From Spirochaetia bacterium (GTDB taxonomy: Bacteria > Spirochaetota > Spirochaetia > SZUA-6 > Bin103), in NCBI GenBank assembly GCA_965198005.1, contig CBDAOI010000004.1, forward strand, positions 32,001 to 96,000: a stretch of 64,000 nucleotides of DNA, read 5' to 3'. Under the pieces are notes generated by a model, which saw nothing but the letters and a program-made list of their open reading frames with translations, had not been told where the DNA came from and made no database searches. Position 1 is the first letter of the stretch. Each line of letters opens with the position of its first letter. The translations under genes were made by a program, and so were the position numbers. Below, piece after piece: positions 58,177 to 64,000 of this stretch.

Positions 58177-58740
58177 CTACCGCAGCAGCGCGCTGACCGC
58201 ACGCCACAGCTTGTCGAAGGAGGCCGAACGCCGGCGCGCCAACGGCATGTCGAATCTGGCGGTAAAGGCAGCCTGATCTGCGGTCGGTCGGTAAGGCGTC
58301 TGCATATCATATGCCGGCCGAGCCACTCCTTGGCGCCGCGAATCGACTCCGGGTCGGGCGGTGCAACGAGGTCGCGGGCGAGTGTGCGGCTGCCCGCGAT
58401 GGATTCAACGGAAGCGAGAAGCCATGCTTCGTACTCGTACTTCGCCAAGACGGCTTCGATACGCCGATCCGGGCGTGCTCTGCGGGCGCGTGCAAGGAGA
58501 GCGGGACCGAGACGCGCAGGACACGCTCCGTTGGCGTCGAGCAGGATCAGGATACCGCCGCCGGCGCCAACGCGTTGCGCGGCGAGACCGACGTATCCTC
58601 GATCGAGGGACGCGGATGGGCTTCAGGACTGCCGGAGGACTGACCGGGGCGAGTTCCTGCACGATCCGCCGGAGCAGCACCGGTACCGCCTGGACTTCGC
58701 CGTTGCCTTCGACGACCGTCATGATGGCCGCCAAGATCAA
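58177..58740 (-). pseudogene. DUF4276 protein with two frameshifts
   Basis: VVEGNGEVQAVPVLLRR / ILILLDA...EYEAWLLAS...RGAKEWL / YRPTADQAAF...RSASFDKL in successive frames. Confidence 0.8.
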
Positions 58741-59963
58741 GCCTTACGGAACAGGTCGACCCGTTGTGATGCCGACACGTCGGAAGCCGGGTGAAGCTGG
58801 TCGATGCGAAGCAACTCGCCGGCGGTGAAGGTTCCGTCTTGCAGTACCGAGCTGCCTACATCGTCCAGCGGGCCGATCTTCGATTCCCCGTCGACGTACA
58901 CGACCGGTAAGATCGACTTTATGGGAACCGAGTCTCGATCCAGGAGATCGGCGCTATGGGTAGTGACGACGACCTGAGTGTATTCGCTCGCCTCCAGCAG
59001 CACGTCCATCAGTACGCCGGCGCTTTCGGGATGGAGTGCGACCTCCGGTTCCTCGATACCGACCACGTGAGTGTGGATCCCGGCCCCTGATTTCTGCAGG
59101 AGCGCGAGGAGAACGCCCAGAAAATGCAGCGTCCCGTCCGACATGCTGTCGCCAAAATACGTCACAAGGTGTGCCTCACCAGGCACCCGTTGGTGGAACC
59201 GTAGCACGTGTCTGTTGCCAACGCCGTGGGCGTCCACTCCTGCGATTTCGGGAACGACCGCTGCGAGATAGTCGGCAAGGCGTTGGACGCTGCCGGGACG
59301 CTGGGACTTCATGTTTGCCAGTACGCCGGCGGCGTTACTGCCGTCGGGCGCAAGCGCACAGTCGCCGGCCGGAGTCTGAAATCCTCCGAGGCTGCGCGGA
59401 TCAATATGGTAAAATGCCATACTCGACAGTGCATCGTATACCGGACGGAACTCCGGTACGCTCGAAGCGCGCACCAGATACAGCGATCCGCGGTCTACCA
59501 GCGGTGGATATGCGAGCGAGCTGGCAGTACAGCGACCGTTCTCGATCCGAAAAAACTGCTCCGCGCCGTCGCCGTTGGTCCTCACGTGGCACTCTTCGCG
59601 TCGCACGACGTAGCCGCCATCGTCGTGCGCCCCGATGTCGAATGCATACCAGCCGGGCGTGTCCGCCAGCCGAAAGTCAAGACGAATGCCGAAATAGTGT
59701 GGCTCCGGCACCCCTCGGTGGCAGACTTCCGCAATGCCGCCCCGCTCCCGCAAGGCGTGTTCCAGCGAGATGCCCAGCGCCTCGACCGTGAATCTCAGCG
59801 CGTCCAGAAAATTGCTCTTGCCCGCACCATTGCGGCCCACTACGATGGCCAATGGCCCCAGCGAGACATCGCACGCGGCAATGCTCTTGAAATTTCGCGA
59901 CGCCACATGCGTGATCAATCGGCGAGCAGCGACTGCGACGAGGGGGCGCTGTTCCACCATCAA
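58737..59963 (-). CDS. AAA_21 ABC-type ATPase
   Basis: VGRNGAGKSN, MSDGT, IEEPEVALHP, TTHS. Confidence 0.9.
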   Translation of the reverse strand: MMVEQRPLVAVAARRLITHVASRNFKSIAACDVSLGPLAIVVGRNGAGKSNFLDALRFTVEALGISLEHALRERGGIAEVCHRGVPEPHYFGIRLDFRLADTPGWYAFDIGAHDDGGYVVRREECHVRTNGDGAEQFFRIENGRCTASSLAYPPLVDRGSLYLVRASSVPEFRPVYDALSSMAFYHIDPRSLGGFQTPAGDCALAPDGSNAAGVLANMKSQRPGSVQRLADYLAAVVPEIAGVDAHGVGNRHVLRFHQRVPGEAHLVTYFGDSMSDGTLHFLGVLLALLQKSGAGIHTHVVGIEEPEVALHPESAGVLMDVLLEASEYTQVVVTTHSADLLDRDSVPIKSILPVVYVDGESKIGPLDDVGSSVLQDGTFTAGELLRIDQLHPASDVSASQRVDLFRKA

Positions 59964-60415
59964 GCTGTCTCCAGTGATGCTGTCACAGCGTCCGATCGTT
60001 CGTTCAACGCTCGGAACAGTCCACTCTCCGGTGCAACACGTGTATAGAACTGTGGCGGATGAAAGGAACGGGCTACGCGCCTTATGCTTCTTATCGGCAT
60101 CGGATCATCCAGCCTTCTCACTCCCTCTAGCAACAAGGCAGACACTTGAGGTCGATCGCCGACGTAGTGCTCGAATCCCACCCAGTCGATACACATTTGA
60201 CTGCGGAAGCGTCTCCATATCGCCACGGGACTATCATGGACTACCGACTTTACTTCTGCCATAGCGACGATTTCGCCTACTGGGCGTGTGACGTAGATCC
60301 AGATCGTCGTACCTGGCTCGATCCTGACGATCCTGTTTCGAAGCTCCACCGTCTTGGAACCACACAGCACCAGTTTGCCGTATGCAGGCTTGAGTGATAT
60401 GATCACCTGCTTCAT
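59960..60415 (-). CDS. ASCH-domain protein
   Basis: ISLKP.Y...G.KTVELR, IYVT.PV, PPQ.Y. Confidence 0.85.
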   Translation of the reverse strand: MKQVIISLKPAYGKLVLCGSKTVELRNRIVRIEPGTTIWIYVTRPVGEIVAMAEVKSVVHDSPVAIWRRFRSQMCIDWVGFEHYVGDRPQVSALLLEGVRRLDDPMPIRSIRRVARSFHPPQFYTRVAPESGLFRALNERSDAVTASLETA

Positions 60416-61017
60416 CACACTACAGCCTCTCCGAATCCTTCCTTAACGATACCCATAAGTGCCTCCGATGAGACGCTCCGAGCAGTCCTGAGATTGGCGC
60501 CCCCAACGCAGTCCATTTGCTTGAGCTTCTTGAAGTCGATGCTCACAGGAAACTCCAATACATTATCGAATGTGAATATCGTAATCTCGTTACGATCGTT
60601 TGCGCGTTGACCTATTTCGTCCTCCGTCAACACTCCTTGTCTGTTCAGGTTCGTCACTGCCTGAGTTTTCGTAATGGTGTCCGAGAATGTCACCCTGGCT
60701 AGTGCAACTGCTTGCCCGCGCTTTCCACTCGCATAGAACACGACTATCGTTCCTCGCGGAAACAGTCTATGCACTCCAGCTCTGAGGTAGTAGACTCTCT
60801 CGATCCGCAAGGCGGACTCGCTCTGCCAAAACACTCCTTCGGACCGTGTTTGGGGAAGGAGTTCGTCCGAATACCGTTCCTTGATCGGGACAACCACCGC
60901 GGATCGTCCCGGCCCAATCAAGTACCCCGGAGAAATGAACGTCTCAAAATCGAAGAGTGTCATCGTGAAGGATGGCTGACCACTATCGCGCCCGAGGACG
61001 ACACCGGTGTTGCTCAT
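60415..61017 (-). CDS. PUA/ASCH-like domain, probably the C-terminal fragment of a larger protein
   Basis: VVPIK..Y...L, ERVYY, VVFYASG and RQGVL motifs; begins at the point where the SIR2 gene is cut. Confidence 0.55.
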   Translation of the reverse strand: MSNTGVVLGRDSGQPSFTMTLFDFETFISPGYLIGPGRSAVVVPIKERYSDELLPQTRSEGVFWQSESALRIERVYYLRAGVHRLFPRGTIVVFYASGKRGQAVALARVTFSDTITKTQAVTNLNRQGVLTEDEIGQRANDRNEITIFTFDNVLEFPVSIDFKKLKQMDCVGGANLRTARSVSSEALMGIVKEGFGEAVV

Positions 61018-63347
61018 CTCGACAGGATTTCCGGTACGACCTTGGCGAGTAGAATGCCAAGGTTTTGGTCCCAGAAATGAGTTCCCGCTTGTATGTCAGC
61101 GAGAGCGAGGTCCAGAGCTCTGAGGTAACGGTCGACCATGCCGTCAACCGACGCGGTATCCATGCGGGCCACGGACGCGCGATCGAAGAGACATTCGACC
61201 GCTTTCGCATCGTTAAGGCGAATCAGCGTCGCCATCGCCCAGTACGGAGAGTGAGGAGCGACGCGAGACAAGGCTCCCGCCGCGGTCCTCGTGGCGATCG
61301 TACATCCGGGCATTCGAAAAGGTACGCCGGCTTCCTCACAAAATCGCAAGAATCGGTACGCGGTCAACGTCTCCGTGTCCTCGCGTTGGAAACTGCGACC
61401 CTGGGTGACCCTGCCGATGTCGAACGTGAACTTGCGCGTCGTGTTCTGTTTGTGCTCTGGCGGTCGATCTAGAGCGAGTTCAAATACTTCGAACTCCCCC
61501 CACGGGTCGCAACCGAATTGCCGAAGCGTATGCCAGCGGTCTGTGAAATCCTTGGCGGACTCCTCATACTTGGAGAGCTCTCCTGCCGGGAAGACCAACG
61601 CCAGTTGCACAGAGCGAAGCAGGAGCATGACGATCGACTCCTGCGAAGCAAGAGAATAGTCCGTTGTAACGGGCTTGAGGTTCGACCTGGTACGGATCGC
61701 TGCAAGGGAATTCTCAAGAATCCTCGCGGCATCTCGCAGTTGACCGATTTCTGCGAGCAGACCGGCGCGTTTCGCTTCCCAGAACGGTAGCGAGTCGTCT
61801 ACCGGCCACTCCTCGATCTTCTTCTTGACATCCTGCGGGTCAGGAGCGAACAGCGCGGCGAGCGCTCGTTCGTAGTGGAACCGGGCTCTATAGTCGGGGG
61901 ACATCGTTGTCACTAGGCCCTCGATCCTTTCGCAAGTGCCGTTCCACTTCTCCTGCAGGCCCTCTTCGCGGAAGTACCGCAACACCGCAAGTAACAGGTG
62001 ATGACACATGTCGCGAACCCCGCTTTGAGGGAGGCTTCGCCCATTCGTGTCCTTCGAGCTCGACGGCGATGAGTCGGTCGGAGCGTCAGCACCGGTCAGA
62101 GGTAAGTACCGATTCAGAGTGAGCTCAAGAAACTCGATCTGATTGTCGAAGATGGGGCACTGGCACTTCTCCATTCGCCAGATCAGCTCGAACGCAAACT
62201 CTAGATCGAGACTATCTGAAAAGCTGTCCGGGACTGGCAGTTTTCGAACCCACTCGCGAGTGGACCGCCAGAGAGCGACACGACGGTCGTCGGGAACGAT
62301 AACCCAACCCGGATACGAGCGCCGCTGGTCTCTCCACGTTGGCACGAGGCTGGAGATCTGGGAAGCTATTGCCTTATCCTTTCCACTGGTGTGAGCGTGA
62401 TCATCGTGTGGCCATCGAAGCCGACTGTAGTCTCTCTGTCTGGAATCGAAATAATCGGAGAGTCTCCGACTATGGTCTCTCCTTCTGGAGTCGAAAAAAT
62501 CGAAGAGTCGATGGAGCGCCTTGTTGTGGTCATCGGCGCCAATGTCCGGATACTGGGACAGGTCCACGCATACGATGTTTCGTTCGTCGAGTAGTTTCTT
62601 CTGGGAGTCGGACAGCCGGTATACGCCGACGAGATACATCTTGGGAGCGTCTCGGCGGCCGAGGTTGTCTGCGATCCATCCAATCCAATCCAGGAAATTG
62701 CGATCGTCGCCGGAGAAACCGATCAAGCATAGCGTGTTTTCCAGAAGTGCCTGACGAATCGTATTAACGAACGGTGCATGATCTTCCCGATAGCGGCGGT
62801 AGTCTTCGTCGGTGACGATCAGCCGAGAGGCGGGTGACAAACTGCCATGGAGTTTGACGATTCGTGGCCGGTCCGAGTTGATGAGATCCTGTTGATCGAC
62901 TACGATGCCGTATTTCTGCGAAGCGACCGATCTGCACGCTCTCTCAAGGAGAGTATCGTAATTGGTTGTGAAGACGTCCGACCACGGAAGACTGAGCAAC
63001 GCTATGTGTAATTCTGCTGGCTCGTGGTCCTCATCCGGAATGGCAGAGTTCAGGATCCGATCCAGAGCTGGCCGACCGAGGGTGGCTTCAACCTCTTTGG
63101 CCAAGGTTGGGACGCTGAGATACTTGGCTCCAGCGTCAGGCTGTTTGTGGTGAAGTTTCTCGTAGAACAGGTCTCCCAGCCCGGACCAGTCCGGAAACTG
63201 GGGAGATGAACCACCCCGCGGTTGCGCGTTCCGGCTAAAGCCGGATCCGATCATGACGGCCGCATGACCGGAGAACAGACGCTCGGCAATTTCGTTCAGA
63301 TACGGATAGAGATCGGAAGGAACTGGAGGGGATTCCGGTTCACTCAT
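61014..63347 (-). CDS. SIR2-domain defence-associated sirtuin (Dsr1-like), probably C-terminally truncated
   Basis: MIGSGFS, TTNYD, VKLHGS, LIGFSGDD; helical region with YPGW and LPFWEAKRAGLLAE; ends abruptly at PEILSR. Confidence 0.8.
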   Translation of the reverse strand: MSEPESPPVPSDLYPYLNEIAERLFSGHAAVMIGSGFSRNAQPRGGSSPQFPDWSGLGDLFYEKLHHKQPDAGAKYLSVPTLAKEVEATLGRPALDRILNSAIPDEDHEPAELHIALLSLPWSDVFTTNYDTLLERACRSVASQKYGIVVDQQDLINSDRPRIVKLHGSLSPASRLIVTDEDYRRYREDHAPFVNTIRQALLENTLCLIGFSGDDRNFLDWIGWIADNLGRRDAPKMYLVGVYRLSDSQKKLLDERNIVCVDLSQYPDIGADDHNKALHRLFDFFDSRRRDHSRRLSDYFDSRQRDYSRLRWPHDDHAHTSGKDKAIASQISSLVPTWRDQRRSYPGWVIVPDDRRVALWRSTREWVRKLPVPDSFSDSLDLEFAFELIWRMEKCQCPIFDNQIEFLELTLNRYLPLTGADAPTDSSPSSSKDTNGRSLPQSGVRDMCHHLLLAVLRYFREEGLQEKWNGTCERIEGLVTTMSPDYRARFHYERALAALFAPDPQDVKKKIEEWPVDDSLPFWEAKRAGLLAEIGQLRDAARILENSLAAIRTRSNLKPVTTDYSLASQESIVMLLLRSVQLALVFPAGELSKYEESAKDFTDRWHTLRQFGCDPWGEFEVFELALDRPPEHKQNTTRKFTFDIGRVTQGRSFQREDTETLTAYRFLRFCEEAGVPFRMPGCTIATRTAAGALSRVAPHSPYWAMATLIRLNDAKAVECLFDRASVARMDTASVDGMVDRYLRALDLALADIQAGTHFWDQNLGILLAKVVPEILSR

Positions 63348-63431
63348 GCAGTTTCCATGATAGCATCCAGTCACGACTTCCAGAAGCGTCGCTATTCATT
63401 GAAATCGGCGTCAGAGCGCGGTCGAACTGAG

Positions 63432-64000
63432 TCAGGTGCCGGCGTCACGCAGCGACGTCTGGCCTGCCGCTGGCGTCTCTCCTCGTCTTGGGCGCACGTC
63501 AGGCGCGCCGCGGACGACCTCGTCCGCAGCGCGTTCAGCGTTGAGGGCGAGGAGGCGGGCGAGCACCTCGTCGCGGACGGGGTCTGGCCAGCGGTAACGG
63601 TATGGCTTCCTTTTTTGGCCCCAGGTTGCCTCGTCGATTTGGTAGTCGAGGAGGAATTCGCAGTCGGTGCGAATGTCGTCCCAGCCGTAGGCATCGAGCA
63701 AAGCGCGGTCCATGGCCGTGTGCAACTCGCGGAGCTGGACGATCCGCGGATCGGTCTCATAGATGTCGTGAAAGCGGTTGTACGTACGCGTCATGCCTTC
63801 GGTGTTCGCCACCATGATCGCGGCGCGGTACTCGTAGTAGGAACGTCCAGCGGCTTCGAGCGAGCGATCGGCTTCCCAACCTCCCGGGAATGGAAAGGTT
63901 TCGAAACAATCGGATGGAGAGTAGTTCATATCGTCTTTCATCGTGGAGCTAAAGAACCTTGCCCAGACTTCGTGCGCGTTCGATTGCAGCGCACAGAAGG
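63432..64000 (-). CDS. C-terminus of DISARM class I adenine methyltransferase (DrmMI-like); starts beyond window
   Basis: HEVWARF.SST, YSPSDCFETFPFP, YNRFHD, LRELH..MD..L.AYGW, EVLARLLALN; upstream of drmABC. Confidence 0.8.
   Translation of the reverse strand, partial: FCALQSNAHEVWARFFSSTMKDDMNYSPSDCFETFPFPGGWEADRSLEAAGRSYYEYRAAIMVANTEGMTRTYNRFHDIYETDPRIVQLRELHTAMDRALLDAYGWDDIRTDCEFLLDYQIDEATWGQKRKPYRYRWPDPVRDEVLARLLALNAERAADEVVRGAPDVRPRRGETPAAGQTSLRDAGT

Noticed and set aside
54556-58180. Integron cassette array
   Set aside because: No attC-like palindromes or intI seen; the repeats are gene and promoter duplications.
58161-63395. Shared TCCAGAAGC 9-mer at 58162 and 63378 as cassette boundaries
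   Set aside because: Too short to distinguish from chance without comparative data.

Overview
High-GC bacterial window. The conserved core at 33.0-43.2 kb (ymdB-like, lptC, lptA, lptB, rpoN, hpf, hprK, ptsH, lexA, holA, convergent uvrC) has a gene order typical of Spirochaetia (inference). Two outward-facing tRNAs, tRNA-Leu(CAG) and tRNA-Ala(CGC), bracket it, and accessory DNA lies beyond each 3' end. To the left are a peptide ABC operon whose substrate-binding gene has no signal peptide, and a 13 kb defence island (12.6-25.9 kb). The island is a DUF499-DUF3780-DUF1156-PLD/SNF2 'restriction-like' system with an extra m6A methyltransferase and PD-(D/E)xK-like gene inside it. An intact oppF and an internally deleted oppF copy flank it as direct repeats. 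Further left are metabolic genes, an IS1595-like non-autonomous element with an 8-bp TSD, and pseudogenes. To the right are an HNH/DUF222 gene, a TA remnant, dcd, and a class I DISARM-like operon (drmMI 3' end, drmA, drmB, drmC) carrying about 11 kb of cargo. The cargo comprises a truncated SIR2/Dsr1-like gene, ASCH genes, two ABC-ATPase+DUF4276 pairs, a triplicated unknown+HEPN module with its own leaderless-type promoter, HigA and three drmA 5' ends. Across the window, toxin genes (BrnT, VapC, HigB, PIN, HEPN copies) are broken, mostly by deletions, while their antitoxins or partners stay intact. Family assignments come from motif recognition by eye; no searches were run.
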